NCBI RefSeq assembly: GCF_006345805.1
Contig: NC_042997.1
Coordinates: forward strand, 194,246,001-194,310,000
DNA length: 64,000 bases
From: Octopus sinensis
Taxonomy: Eukaryota
Direction: 5' to 3'
Position 1 is the stretch's first letter; each line of letters starts with the position of its first letter. The notes beneath the pieces were generated by a model. That model saw only the letters and a program-made list of their open reading frames with translations. It searched no databases and had not been told where the DNA came from. Of this stretch, positions 40,475 to 54,590 are shown piece after piece. Position numbers and translations under genes: made by a program.

Positions 40475-41391
40475 AATAATAACAGCGGCGGCGGCGGCGG
40501 TGGTGGTGGTGGTCGTCGTCGTCGTCGTCGTAGCGAAACTAATATTAATAGTAACCGTATTCATGGCAGTGATGCCAATGATGGAGTGGGAGTGAAGGCG
40601 GTGGGGATTACTAAAGATGATGGTGGAGACGGTGGCGTTGTAATGAAGAAGTAGGTGGTGGTGATGACGTTCATGATGATGATGATGATGATGGCAGTTC
40701 AAATAATGGCTACGCGCGTTCTGACAGAGTTGATGTGTATGTTGTGAGGAGAAGAAAGAAAGGCGGCTTTGCCGTTGATGTTATCGTTGTTGTTGCTGTT
40801 GTTATTGTTGTTTTTGAGAAATGGGCAATAAGTTTAGTTGATTAATGGAGGAAGCAAGTAGACAAAGGACCGGAAATTTGACCAGACAAATTGGAGGGAA
40901 AATACGAAGCTTGTCGTCTGCCGAATAATAAAACAGCGACGTACAAACACATACACACACGCACACATACATTCATACATACATACATTCATACATAGTT
41001 ACGTACGTACAATATTATATGTACATACATACATAAGTATGTGTGTACGTATAATTTTGTATCAACAAGATGGTTGAGTGAATTTCTCAGGGGCGGCGTG
41101 CCGCGTAATAAATACAAATACAACAGGGTTTCGAATATGTAATAGAATGTACCGAAACACTTAGATCAACTGAGACTATCTATGCAATTTGTAAACAAAA
41201 ACTCACGCCAAGCAAATGAGTTCAATAAGTTCAATTAATGGAAATTTTTCGAAAAAAATGCAATATGGGAGTGAATCTCGTCTTTATACAGCCAATAGTG
41301 AAAACTAGGAACATATCGGTTTTATTAAACATCCTCAGCGAAGTATATTCGTCTCAGTAAAAGATGCTATACAAAAGAGTTATATAAAAGA

Positions 41392-41444
<53 letters not shown>

Positions 41445-41859
41445 TAATAAATAAAATAAAACATATGCATATATATAAACATATATGTACGTACCTACCT
41501 CTACATGTACATATACGCGCATATATGAGTACAGGACACCAAAAGGACGTAGAACACAATGAGAAACGAAAACATAGACACAAACCAAAGGAACTGGACA
41601 TTTATTTAAAAACAGCAAAAAAATAGAGTACAGGACAATTAACACAAAGAAAAAAACCCTTCTTCAGTCGCTAAAGGTTTCATCTACTCTACGTTTCGAA
41701 GGATAAAAGCGAGACGTATCTTCGACAAGAAAACTTTCCTTCCTGCGAAAAGCAAATCTTTTCGCAGAGGGGTAAAAAATGGTAAAAACAGGACTGTGAC
41801 GACAGTACAAATTGTAAACAGTAAAGGACAGGACAAGAAAAAACAAGAAGGGCTGTTAT

Positions 41860-42158
41860 ATCACCGTGACCGACCAGGCTATCAGATGTTGCTAAACATC
41901 GCTGGTCACAATGCGCTTCGCATTGTTTTAGCCTTCAAATGACCCCACCCCGCTGGCTAAGCGAGCAGGCCATCAGAAGAAAGAGTGAGAGGAAGCTGTG
42001 GCGAAAGAGTACAACAGGGTTCGCCACCAACCCCTGCCGGAGACACGTGGAGCTTTAGGTGTTTTCGCTCAATAAACATTCACAACGCCCGACCGGGGAA
42101 TCGAAACCGCGATCCTACGACCGCGAGTCCGCTGCCCTAACCACTGGGCCACTGCACC
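41860..42158 (-). mobile_element. SINE family C, tail type 2
   Basis: C head; tail shared with 55250-55533. Confidence 0.88.
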
Positions 42159-42237
42159 ATATATATATATGTGTTTGTGTGTGTGTGTGTGTGTGTGGTG
42201 TGTGTGTGTGTGTGTGTGTGTAGGTCTTTATATATAT

Positions 42238-42965
42238 ATACAAAATTAAGAGGAATGACCACTAAAGTGGACACCTAATATGCTAAACATAGATGTGAAA
42301 TTGCGATTACCACGAAGAATGTGTTCTCAAGAAAAATCTCACGAAAACGACAAAATGTAAAAATGAGCAACACAGATAAAAATATACGAAATAAAAAACG
42401 ATTACCTACGTACCAATGGTTTCACTTGTTAATGTCATTTTTACATTTTGGCGTTTTACTGAGATTTTTCTTCGTGGTAATGGCGATTTGACTCTCTTTA
42501 CTCTTTTACTCTTTTACTTGTTTCAGTCATTTGACTGCGGCCATGCTGGAGCACCGCCTTTAATCGAGCAACTCGACCCCGGGACTTATTCTTTTTTTTT
42601 TTGTAAGCCCAGTACTTATACTATCGGTCTCTTTTTGCCGAACCTCTAAGTAACGGGGACATACACACACCAACATCGGTTGTCAAGCAATGCTAGGGGG
42701 ACAAATACAGACACACAAACACACACATATATATATATACATATATATGACAGGCTTCTTTCAGCTTCTGTCTACCAAATCCACTCACAAGGCATTGGTC
42801 GGCCCGGGGCTATAGCAGAAGACACTTGCCCAAGATGCCACGCAGTGGGACTGAACCCGGAACCATGTGGTTGGTTAGCAAGCTACTTACCACACAGCCA
42901 CTCCTGCGCCTATGTTTAGCATATTAGGTGTCCACTTTAGTGGTCATTCCTCTTAATTTTGTATG
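42238..42965. repeat. foldback element interrupted by a SINE B (42491-42910, minus strand)
   Basis: 42238-42292 pairs with 42909-42963; ~42300-42365 pairs with ~42435-42490. Confidence 0.85.
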
Positions 42966-43064
42966 TAACACAATTTTTAATCTTCGGATTTTTTAAATAT
43001 GCTAAGCCACTGGTTTTAATTGATTATTATCAATTTTTACTCCTATTATCTAATTATATATATA

Positions 43065-43113
<49 letters not shown>

Positions 43114-43119
43114 CTTTTC

Positions 43120-43321
43120 TTTTTTATTCTTTTACTTAGTTCAGTACTTTAGTCGAACAAATCGACCCCTGGACTTATTCTTTGTAAGCCTAGTATTTAT
43201 TCTGTCGTTCTGTTTTGCCGAACCACTAAGTTACGGGGACGTAAACACACCAATATCGGTTGTCAAGTCATGGTGGTGGAGACAAACACAAACACAAAAA
43301 TACATACATTCATGTGTGTGT

Positions 43322-43420
<99 letters not shown>

Positions 43421-43582
43421 CGACGGGCTTCTTTCAGTTTCCGTCTACCAAATCCACTCACAAGGCTTTGGTCGGCCCGAGGCTATAGTAGAAGACACTT
43501 GCCCAAGGTGCCACGTAGAGGGACTGAACCTGGAACCATGTGGTTGGTAAGCAAGCTTCTTACACTCAGCTACTCCTACACC
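43120..43582 (-). mobile_element. SINE family B with internal (TAGA)n
   Basis: B body. Confidence 0.9.
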
Positions 43583-44292
43583 TATATATATATATCTTAT
43601 TACGAAATATGCCAAGGGCTTCCTTTCATACATCATTTCAATATTGACAATTCTTGTCAATCCTACAGAAATCTGAACCGCAGGTTTCCAGAAGGTTCTG
43701 CTTGTCATATCGTCAACGGAAGAACATGAATTTATGTTGAATTCCTTTAAATTTGTTCCTTATTTACCAAATTACAGCTGCATCCTCTAAAAATGACCAG
43801 ACATCCGTTTTATAATTCGGTTGACTTGAAACTACATCTATGGGGCTTTTCTCTTTTTTCTTGTTTTTTTTTTAATGCAGGCTTCCCCCGCGTTTCCTTT
43901 GTTGATGTGGGATTTGCAGCTTGGTTTAGAACTGTGAATGGTGCCTTGTTTTGGTAGTCTTCCAACCTTTTTGAACGGTTACGAAATATAACTCCCTTAA
44001 CGGGATATGTTGCACCAATTATCTTTCCACTGCCTCTAGCCTTTCAACACTGGATATTCTGGAGGTTGCTACAAAAGGAAATTATTTGCCCGACCTGTTA
44101 GAAATGGCAACCAATTTTCACTCAAAGGAAATCTCCCTACCGCAGTGTTGGTTGATCTTTTGACTTCGAAACACCCTGGAGATCAAATAACTATTTACTC
44201 GGAATATATTAAATAAAAACAAACTAAGAAGAAATTACAGGCACATTTTACATGAGACGATACCAAATAAGAGACGGTTTAAAAAATTTTAA

Positions 44293-44737
44293 TCTCTTTT
44301 ACTCTTTTACTTGTTTCAGTCATTTGACTGTGGCCATGCTGGAGCACCGCCTTTAGTCGAGCAAATCGACCCCAGGACTTATTCTTTGTAAGCCTAGTAT
44401 GCCTAGTACTTATTCTATCGGTATCTTTTGCCGAACCGCTAGGTTACGGGGACGTAAACACACCAGCATCGTTTATCAAGCGATGTTGGGGGGACAAACA
44501 GACGCACAAACATATATACACACACACATACACACACACACGCACACACATACATATATATATACACATATATACGACGGGCTTTTTTCAGTTTCCGTCT
44601 ACCAAATCCACTCACAAGGCTTTGGTCGGCCCGAGGCTACAGTAGATGACACTTGCCCAAGTGCCACGCAGTGGGACTGAACCCGGAACCATGTGGTTGG
44701 TAAGCAAGCTACTTACCACACAGCCACTCCTACGCCT
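44293..44737 (-). mobile_element. SINE family B, full length
   Basis: B head, body and tail. Confidence 0.93.
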
Positions 44738-45106
44738 ATCTGGAGAAAATATTTTATGAATCACACTAAGCTGGTAGAATCGATAACGCTTAGGACAGAA
44801 TGCTTAAGAATAATTCTTCTGGTTCTTTACGCTTTGAGCTCAAATACTTCGAGGTCAGCTCTGACTTTTGTTTTATGTATCTAAGATTCGCAGAACAAGG
44901 GGATAGTACCTATGGCTTTTGCATGAAGGAGAGAGCTCGATAAATCAGCAACAGTCCTTCTGACAGATTTCTATATACTTTCCGCCAACGTTATATCAGT
45001 CACAAAGCTTCTTTCGACTCGAGATAAGGATAGGAAACACTTGGCCAATCATTCTCCGAACCACGACTACAAAGGAAACTTTTTCACCCACAAATACTGT
45101 ATTATG

Positions 45107-45326
45107 TAGGGTGTTCAAAAAGTCTCTCCGCAGTAAGTATTTTATTGCAAAATAAATATTTAAAAGATGGTATAAGACTACAAAAGAATATGTTAGACTC
45201 TACAAGACTTTAAAAAAGAACTTTATAAGAGGTGCTGAAAGTGTCGTCCTTCATTTTCAATGCATAAAATTTAATTTCTTTTTTACTGCCGTGTGAGCAC
45301 TGCGGAGAGACTTTTTGAACACCCTG
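45107..45326. mobile_element. Tc1/mariner-type MITE
   Basis: TIR AGGGTGTTCAAAAAGTCTCTCCGCAGT / ACTGCGGAGAGACTTTTTGAACACCCTG followed by TA. Confidence 0.85.
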
Positions 45327-45340
45327 TATATAAAACCAAC

Positions 45341-45380
<40 letters not shown>

Positions 45381-45985
45381 TGTGTGTCTGTCTGTCTGTC
45401 TGTGTCTGTGTTTCTGTGTGTCTGTCTGTCTGTCTGTTTCTGTGTGTCTGTGTCTGTCTGTCTGTGTGTCTGTGTGTCTGTGTGTCTCTGTGTGTGTGTG
45501 TGTGAGTGATCTGACTTGGATAGTTGTAGAATAAAAGCGAAGTACCTAACTTGCGTATATTATTTAATACAAAGGTAGAGAATTGAATAGACTCGTCAGC
45601 GCGCTGCAAACAAATATTCGTTCCTGACCCTTTAAGTCTGAGTTCAAATCCCACTTAGGTCAAAGCCGCCTTTCACCTTCTCATCTAAAAGCCAATAAAG
45701 TACTGGAGGGGGTGGAGTGGGGGGTAAATTCTCTCCCTCTTTCTCTCACTTATTCTCACATGAAGGACAAGGTCCCCGAAGTTTTTTTCCAAGTTCAATT
45801 GTCTCACAGTAGTTCATCTTGTGGATTATTCTTCTCAATTGATTATTGAAAACGCTGAGCATTACAAATTTCTTCGGATTTTGGTGATGAATCAATGACG
45901 AACAAAGAATTACTAAGAGCAAAAATTACGTGTAGCTCCAAGAGCATCTTTGGTGAAGTACCAACTCGGAGGTACGTATCGATAT

Positions 45986-46050
<65 letters not shown>

Positions 46051-46052
<2 letters not shown>

Positions 46053-46291
46053 CAAGTATAGATGGGCTGGACACGTCGCCTGGCTCACCGATAATCGGTG
46101 GACACACGCAGTTGTCGAGTGGTACCCGCGTGAGCGGAAAAGACCACCCGGAAGACGGTGGAGTGACGATTTCAAGAGGACGATTGGGATCACGTGGATG
46201 AGAAAGGCGCGATCCAGAGAGGATTGGACAGCGTGCTGTGACCAGCGGTGTCAAATGGACGCCTGACGGACTGGTCGGTCAAAGTGATCAA

Positions 46292-46296
<5 letters not shown>
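46051..46296 (+). pseudogene. RTE-clade LINE 3' end inserted in (TA)n
   Basis: SKYRWAGHVAWLTDNRWTHAVVEWYPRERKRPPGRRWSDD...* (stop 46264-46266), short AAGTGATC tandem tail. Confidence 0.88.
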
Positions 46297-46323
<27 letters not shown>

Positions 46324-46724
46324 CTAGCAGCTAAGCCCGGTTTCACCTGGTCTGTTTGGATGATGTGGCTGTGTTCATTTTCGGTTAGGCATAATCTATA
46401 AGAGCGTTTCTCAACCTTATCATTTTGGGTCCCCTGTTTCGATTGGAGCCTCCAGCTGTATAAAAATTTCTTGACCCCCACCCCGTCAGAAAACAGCTTC
46501 TAAGCAACTGGTTATTTTAATGGCGGAAGAAAGAGGGGAATTCCATTAGAAAACGATTTCATCGATTTTCTCGGTAAGTATGGGGGCTAGGGAAAAAATA
46601 CAAACTGCATTCCAATCTATGGACCCGTCTCCACATGTGTGCCATTTTTCACGAGAATCCACCCAGCCGTTTGGCTGTGAACCTCAAGACAAGAAAGAAT
46701 ACAACGATCGCCCATGTCCAATTG

Positions 46725-46725
<1 letters not shown>
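46324..46725 (-). mobile_element. non-autonomous Helitron-like element (3' end clear, 5' end uncertain)
   Basis: Minus strand ends CCAGGTGAAACCGGG hairpin ... CTAG|T. Confidence 0.5.
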
Positions 46726-46755
<30 letters not shown>

Positions 46756-46827
46756 CAGGGTAATAAAGATTTTAGAAATGTTTACTACCAGTGGCCTAGC
46801 GTATAGAAAAATTATATATTATTCATA

Positions 46828-47070
46828 TAAAATACGGTGTACATTTAAACACATAAAAAAGTTTCGATCATAGGAATCCCTTACGCTAGAAAGAACAGCT
46901 AAAATAAGTCAGAAACCATGGTCCAGGAAATAGATGGTAAATGCTTTTATTTTTCATTCCCTTCGAGAATTTTTCCCTAATTAGTTGTTTGGACTTCAGC
47001 TGTTCTTTCTAGAGTAAGGGATTCCTATGATGGTAACCTCTTAATGTGTTTAAATGTACACTATATTTTA
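46828..47070. repeat. inverted repeat (~70 bp arms) with a hammerhead 3' half in the loop
   Basis: TGTACATTTAAACACAT...CATAGGAATCCCTTACGCTAGAAAGAACAGCT pairs with 46999-47070; GAAACCATGGTC in loop. Confidence 0.8.
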
Positions 47071-47967
47071 TATATATATATATGCATGCATACATACATT
47101 CACTGGATATGGGATACGTAACACGCTGCCTAAATACCAATCTTGAGAAATTTGGCTTCTCAAAACCAAAATAGTGAAAGCTAATTCAAAGACTATAGAC
47201 CCAAGCCATCACTGGAAGTGTAAAAAAATCTGTAAAACTTTCCAGAAGTCTATCATATAAGTATATATGAGCGTGTCTAGATATGCAAGTGTATGCGTGA
47301 GAAAACATACATAAAACAAAACATATAAATCTGCATATATACATACATACAAAAATACCCTGTTGTTATGTTGAAATTCCAATGAAGGAGACTTGGATCT
47401 AGGTTAACAACCAGCTCTTTATTGGCAAGAAATCTTGAAATCAAACTGAATAATGACATACATACATATATACATACATACACACACACACACACACATA
47501 CATACATACATACATACATACATACATACATACATACATACATACATACATACATACATACATACATAATTTCTTATCTGTGTACAAGACTAAAAATTTA
47601 ATTTATAGTGAAGAGAAATGAGATAATGTGGATGGTATTTTTACCTTTTTTTAATACACTACTGTCACACATGAATTGACTTGAAGCACTGAACCGAAAC
47701 CTACTCATACTTTACTTTCTGTTCTCTGTGGCTGTGCTAAATTTCTTTACCTTTTTTTTCGTAGATTTGCTTGCTTTTTGTTCTACATTTCTGTGAATCT
47801 AATTAACACTTCTCACTCAAAAATGCTTTCTTCATATTTTGGCAATTTTTTTCTCTTTTTTTTTTTTTTGGAAAAAATGTATGGTTCGTATTTTTAGCCT
47901 GTAAAGAAGAAAAAAAAGAATCTTAATTTTTCTTACATAATGTCTGGAGAGAATTAACCTCTGGATA

Positions 47968-48190
47968 TTGCCAGAGATGTTGATGATGATGATGATGATG
48001 ATGGTGATGGTGATGGTGGTGGTGGTGGTGGTGATGGTGATGATGATGATGATGATGATGATGACGACGATGATGATGATGATGATGACGACGACGACGA
48101 TGACGGTGATGATGATGATGTGTGTGTGTGTATGTGTGTGTGTGTGTGTGTGTGTATGTGTGTGTGTATGTGTGTGCGTGTGTTGCCAGA

Positions 48191-48221
<31 letters not shown>

Positions 48222-48319
48222 GTGATGGTGGTTGTGGTGGTGGTGGTGGTGATGATGATGATGACGACGACGATGATGATGATGATGATGATGACGACGA
48301 CGACGACAACGACGATGAC

Positions 48320-48353
<34 letters not shown>

Positions 48354-48375
48354 TTGATGATGATGATGATGATGA

Positions 48376-48445
<70 letters not shown>

Positions 48446-48446
48446 C
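47968..48446. repeat. duplicated (GAT/GGT)n+(TG)n microsatellite block
   Basis: TTGCCAGAGATG at 47968 and 48183, each followed by (GAT)n then (TG)n. Confidence 0.85.
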
Positions 48447-48503
48447 GAAATCAGACATTCTTTTCTATAAGTATATTAATTCTATATTCAACAATCTTTT
48501 TAG

Positions 48504-48997
48504 TGGTCGAACAACTGGCGTATGACGAAGTAATGACGACGGCAGCTACAGATTTTCAACAACTACGGAAACAACAACAGCAGCAACAGCAGCAGCAGCA
48601 ACAACAACAACAACAATATGAATCTTCAGCTACACCTGGTGTTTTCCAAAGCAGATGTCCTTATTCCTTTCCACCCGTCGAACCAGCTTTTCCTACTTTA
48701 CCATCGAATATCCAACGAGAGTTTAGAGGGAACTTAACGAAATTCCTGTTCCGGTGCGTCGACCTATGGAATGCGCATGAAAAAGAATACTTCTTCCGAG
48801 ACGGTATAAATAACTTGCACCAAGATGACCCTAAACTCTTTGACAACCGAAGCTGGTCGGAAGAATCAATGTCGCTATATTTACCTGCCAGCAAGCAGAA
48901 GCTTGCGGCTACGTCTTCAGGAGCAAAAACCAAAATCAGAAGACACTTAAGCGCGTATTTCTTAGCATTTGTAATAATAGTCTTATTCGTTGTGTAG
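48504..48997 (+). CDS. probable terminal coding exon of a GPI-anchored or membrane-tethered protein with poly-Q
   Basis: TCTTTTTAG acceptor (phase 1); ~163 codons of mostly complex sequence; mixed CAA/CAG poly-Q; C-terminus TSSG-spacer-AYFLAFVIIVLFVV*. Confidence 0.7.
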
Positions 48998-49150
48998 TAT
49001 CAATGTTAGCCACCGAAAACTGTGCCTTGCTGCAAGTTGTTCCTGATGTTCTTGTTGTTATTGTGGTAGTTTTCATTCCCCCCAGATTTAATAGTCAACC
49101 TGATCTGATAGACATTATTGTATTTCTCCGGTGTATAAGTCGATGTAGTA

Positions 49151-49496
49151 TCTCTATATATATATATAAACGGCAAAATGTCTGTGTGTGTGTGTATCCT
49201 TGATACAAATCCACAATTTTTCAGTTAGAGGGCTCGCACTTTCTATGGTCATTCAAAACCGTCCAAGGGTGGTCGTGCACATCTTTACATTTCCCCAGTC
49301 ACCCCGCAAAGCCATTAAAAAATCAATAGAAGTGACTTTTTGGTGAACTTTCTATCCAAAACCCAATCAAAATGCCTGAAACTTGATACACCAATTGAAT
49401 GCCAGCTAGCTTATGTGATCGGTCGGAGATTTGGATAGTACTCGCGTGTATGTGCGTACGCACGCAGCTGTATATGCTGCCGGGTCATAGTGCTAG
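49151..49496 (+). mobile_element. non-autonomous Helitron
   Basis: A|TCTCTATATA 5' end, CCGGGTCATAGTGCTAG|T 3' end, inserted between A and T with no TSD. Confidence 0.75.
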
Positions 49497-50074
49497 TATA
49501 GTGTAAACGTGTAGCGTTAACATTCAAGGATCGTCACTAATGTTCCAAATCCCACTGCATTTCACATGAAATTTTGGTGGGGCTCCAAAGTAGTCTTTGT
49601 GTATAAGTCGAGCAACCTTTTCTTTTAATGTAAATTTTCCGAAAAATTCGACTTGTATTCCGGAAAATATTGTTTGAGGATAACTTGACAATAATATTGT
49701 GAAAAGACAATTTAATATTTAAAGTTAAAGAATATAGAGTTTTATGTATATGCGCGCATGGTAAACATGTCTGTAAGTATCATATATAATTTAATTTATT
49801 TCGTCAATAGACTGCATTTTAATTTATGAAATCAACAGCAAAAACTCTGTGACTGCCATTCCTACCATCATTAATTATAAACAAAAGGGGGGATTGAGAG
49901 AGAGAGAGAGAGAGAGCATAGTAGTTAATAAATAACGAATATGCGTTAGGTAATTACCCTCATTAGCTAATGAATGTGATTGTGTAATTCATATTATTTT
50001 ATTATTCATTAATTGATATTATGCTCTGTACTCTCCTAATGCTTTACTTTAGCACTTAAGTATATTGAGTATAT

Positions 50075-50120
<46 letters not shown>

Positions 50121-50122
<2 letters not shown>

Positions 50123-50514
50123 TCTTTACTCTTCTACTTGTTTCAGTCATTTGACTGTGACCATGCTGGAGCACCGACTTTAGTCGAGCAAATCGACCCC
50201 AGGACTTATTCTTTGTAAGCCTAGTACTTATTCTTTCGGTCTCTTTTGCCGAACCGCTAAGTTACGGGGACGTAAACATGCCAACATCGGTTGTCAAGCG
50301 ATGTTGGGAGGACAAACACAGACACACAAACATACACACACACACATATATATATATATTCATACGACGGGCTTCTTACAGTTTCTGTCTACCAAATTCA
50401 CTCACAAGGCTTTGGTCGGCCCGAGGCTATAGTAGAAGACACTTGTCCAAGGTGCCACGCAGTGGGACTGAACCCGGAACCATGTGGTTAGTAAGCAAGC
50501 TACTTACCACACAC

Positions 50515-50515
<1 letters not shown>
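50121..50515 (-). mobile_element. SINE family B in (TA)n
   Basis: B body and tail. Confidence 0.92.
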
Positions 50516-50572
<57 letters not shown>

Positions 50573-50959
50573 ATTCAGTAGTTCAGGTTATGAAAAGATA
50601 TAACGTGATTTGGGCGAGTACTAAAGGAAGAACAGAGGATGAGATACGTAACTTATGTAACTACGTAAGCGAACATTGCACATTATTTCAGAAGATATCT
50701 AAAACAATGAATTGAGGGGACAAGTACAAAACATACCTCGACTTCATCTGATTGCTTATCGCTGATATATGACGGCTGGTTTGAGGTAAATTTAAAGCAT
50801 TGTATCTTATGTAAAATTTGAATTTATATGAAAGCCAAAACAATGCAATTTAATAAAAAAGTTTTGTTGTCCTGTTTTTTTTTGTTGTTGTTTTTGTTGC
50901 ATTTTTCGTTGTTGGTTTTTTTTTTCTTTCCATTAAATTTTCGATCTAAAATGATATAT

Positions 50960-51255
50960 TGTTTGTTCCTTCTCAAGCCATGCCTGGCTCATAATGGGCC
51001 GGTTTCCCGGTTTCCTTGGTTGTAGAGGTTCCCCACCTGGACGGGACGCCGGTCCGTCGCAGGTGAGCTGCAACATGCAGGAGGGAAGAATGAGGGAAAG
51101 TTGTAGCGAAAGAGTCAGCAGAAGTTCGCCATTACCTTCTGCTGGAGCCGCGTGGAGCTTAGGTGTTTCGCTCATAAACACACACATCGCCCGGTCTGAG
51201 ATTCGAACCTCGACCGCGAGTCCGCTGCTCTAACCACTAGGCCATGTGCCTCTAC
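50960..51255 (-). mobile_element. SINE family C, tail type 1, with TSD
   Basis: 12 bp TSD AAAATGATATAT at 50948-50959 and 51256-51267. Confidence 0.92.
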
Positions 51256-51432
51256 AAAATGATATATGCTCACAGCGAATTGTAAGATAACTTCGTTCGT
51301 TTCTTTCCAATATTTGAATTAACATGAAAAATATTTTTATCGTAATTTTTTTTTTTTTTTTTTGTAGTTCTGTTCTTTCTCTACAACTTTTTATCGTTCT
51401 TGAAATTTGAATATATTCCCTTCTTTTCAAAT

Positions 51433-52070
51433 ATGGAGTGTCAGGTCGTAAAAGAGTAGCTTTTTTGTGACCTTCTTCTCTTCGCTTTTAATGAAGGTTT
51501 CATATCTTCCAAAGACGCTCGAAACACTTGTACTTGTGTAAAACGATGGCGCTGTTACTGAATGAATTACAGAAATGGTTTTTCACGCTGCTTAAAGGAG
51601 AAACTCAACCACACAAACTCTCCGCATTCCAGACGACCTGTTCAGTTCAATAAGGATCGATTAAACGAGCTTATCCAGGAGGATCTGCACCAATCCACTA
51701 GGGCTCAGCAGATGGGATGCTTTCAATATACTGTCACTCGTCACCTTCACTCGATGAGTAAGCCTCAAAAATTCGATGCGTGGATGCCACACGCTCTGAG
51801 CGAAAGCAACAAGTTCCAGCGCTCCTTTATCGCCACCAGTTTCTCGTTTGAAACAAGACTACTCGTGGATACAGAGATTTTTTTTTACCAGGTCGTCATC
51901 GGCGACAAAAAATAGTGTCTTTACATCATTACAAAACTATGGAAAGAATGGTTGTGTCCCGACAAGCAAGCAAAACCTCGATGCAATCTAGAGCTGCATC
52001 CACAAGAGATAACGATCTGCATTTGGTGGGATTGAGAAGGACTAATCCACTACGAAATGTTTCAAAACAA
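51433..52070 (+). pseudogene. mariner transposase relic (5' part)
   Basis: MECQV..LLLFAFN, RPVQFNKDRLNELIQED, WMPHALSE (WVPHEL motif), IGDKK*CLY (TGDEKW), LHPQ..CIWWD; stops and frameshifts. Confidence 0.85.
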
Positions 52071-53217
52071 TCCCCTCCATTGATCAGTTGAAGTTTAGAC
52101 AGTGTCATTTGACAGTTAGCTGGTGCTGGCTGCTGGAGCCTGCCGGTGAGTATTTAAAGGGAAATTTGGCAGGATGTTCATTCGCCTGCCGACACTCGTT
52201 GACGCTGCATTGAAGAAACCAAAGAACAAAAGAAAGAAGGAGAAAGAAGAAACGCACTCAACACCAGAGCTGAAAACACCTCCGAAATGGGTGGGGGCCG
52301 CCACCGGACGTGACTCCTCCTGATGATGTCTTTAGCTACTGGATCCTATAAAGAAGCTGTTGAGGTATCCAACCACCAAACGTGGTTGGAATTCCTCACT
52401 ATTGCAATGTCTTTTAACGGATCTCCAATTTCCGGATAGGTCTGTATTCCCACATGATACGACACGGCAAAACATCGAACTATAGCGGCAAATGTACCTG
52501 AAACATGATCTTGAGGAGCAACAATGTCCTGTTGAACCTTCACTCGACGAGAGAGTTCAACATTTGTCCACTACAGATCAACTGAGACACTACAGATCAC
52601 TTGAGACTCCCAGACGACTAATTAATTCGTTAACTTTGTTGCCGAATTCTACTTTCCTTCCTCATTACCGGCTGCTGATATATTCACGTTGTGTTGTTGT
52701 TCGAAAGTAGCGAAATCCAAACATTGCTTATCTCTAAACGAATTAATGTTGCCTGCAATGATTCACCATAACTTAAGGAGGCAACAACTGTATGGAAGTC
52801 ACTTCTAATTATCTCAAATCAGCTTTTTTGGAAACCAAACATCCTTGAAATATGAAGTTCGGCTTGTAAGAATCTTGGCCTGTTTCCATTGTTGCCGAGA
52901 ATATAAATTTAGCATTTTCTAAACATTCATTTCTTCTGCCTTCAGTTGATCACTAATGAAGCTAACCAGCTTTGAACAAACCAGGGAGGGACTTTCTATG
53001 CGGTCACTCAAACTGTTAGAAATAGCAGTTAAATCTCCCTCAAATCATTTATATAATGTCTTGGATAATACGGCCCCAAGTCGATACGACATCCCTGGGA
53101 GAACGATGAGATCTTGATTCAGTCATTGGATTGCGGCCATGCTGGGGCATGATCTTGAAGACACAAAGATACACACACGCACACACACTCACACGCACAT
53201 ACACATAATATGTATAT

Positions 53218-54130
53218 ACCTCGCAGGTGGGGGCCCAGTTAGAATTTTCTTCAAGTTGAGTAGCCCATCCAGCTCAAGATGTTGTTTAAGGATGTTGAAC
53301 AAAACACCCATGCTTCCAAAGGTGAATTATCCAAACCCCAAAGAATCCCTCTCAACACATGACTACGATGCTCCCCCCCCCACTACTTCTGCTCGTGATC
53401 AGAGAAGCACATATCGGCAGCCACTAAGGGACATGCTCAACTGGTTATGGTCAAACAAATGACAAGCAAATCTCTGGTATTGAGTAGAATATTTGCTGTA
53501 GGCCATCTTTTATACAATGTACATGATAACACTTCCAATCAGTTAAGATAAGAAGCCATGAGAGCCACTGCTTGATACTGCATCAGGGCATTTTATTATT
53601 ATTATTATTATTATTATTGAGTGAGAGAGCAGTTCATGCCATCAAAGTGACACTGGGGTAAAATATACGAAGCCCAATATACCCATCATGACTACCCGTC
53701 TGATAAGGGTACACCAGGCACATGCATCACAACCATATGTGCGCGACATGGTCATCTCATATCAAGATAAACAGCACATGACCTTGCAGGTGGGGCCCAG
53801 TTAGAATTTTCTTCAGGTTGAGTAACCCATCCCGCTCAAAAGGTCCCTGAATAAGGGTTGTTTAAGGATGTTGAACGAAACACCCATGTTTCCAGAGGTG
53901 AATTATTCAAACCCCAAAGAATCCCTCTCAACACATGGCTATGATGCTCCCCCACTACTTCTGCTCGTGATCAGAGATGCACATATCGTCAGCCACTAGA
54001 GGACATGCTCAACTGGTTAAGGTCAAACAACTGACAAGCAAATCTGTGGTATTGAGCAGAATATTTGCTGTAGCCCATCTTTTATACCAAGACAAAACAA
54101 TGTACATGATAACACTTCCAATCCGTTAAG
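53218..54130 (-). mobile_element. two tandem copies of the (AAT)n-embedded repeat
   Basis: Reverse complements of 1941-2455, separated and followed by (ATT)n. Confidence 0.85.
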
Positions 54131-54131
54131 A

Positions 54132-54179
<48 letters not shown>

Positions 54180-54181
<2 letters not shown>

Positions 54182-54407
54182 GGCGGCGAGCTGGCAGAGT
54201 CGTTATTGCGCCGGGCAAAACGCTTAGCGGCATTTCACCCGTCTTTACGTCCTAAGTTCAAATTTCGCAGAGGTCGACTTTGCTTTTCATCCTTTCGGGG
54301 TCGATAAATTAAGTAGCAGTGAAACACTAGGGTCAATGTAATCGACTGGTCGCTTCCCCTAAAATCTCAGGCCTTGTACCTACAGTAGAAAGAATTATTA
54401 TTATAAT

Positions 54408-54441
<34 letters not shown>

Positions 54442-54590
54442 ACTACTACTACTACTACTACTACTACTGCTACTACTAAAACGATGAGCTGGCAGATTCG
54501 TTAGCGCGCTGAACAAAATGCCTAGCGTCATTTCGTTCGTGATTACGTCCTGAGTTCCAATTCCCTCGAGGTCGACTTTGGGATCCTTTT
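54180..54590 (+). mobile_element. SINE family A copies
   Basis: A head and core at 54180-54395 and 54480-54590. Confidence 0.82.

Noticed and set aside
48122-48503. N-terminal part of the 291 aa ORF (poly-D, CV repeats)
   Set aside because: Microsatellite read-through upstream of a splice acceptor; only 48504-48997 looks coding
48640-48700. QSRCPYSFP resemblance to NALF/FAM155-type cysteine-rich domains
   Set aside because: Too short and the flanking cysteines do not match; no gene symbol assigned
52313-52345. CTGATGA after a TATTTAA-containing segment
   Set aside because: No stem II or GAAA partner follows; at most a truncated remnant
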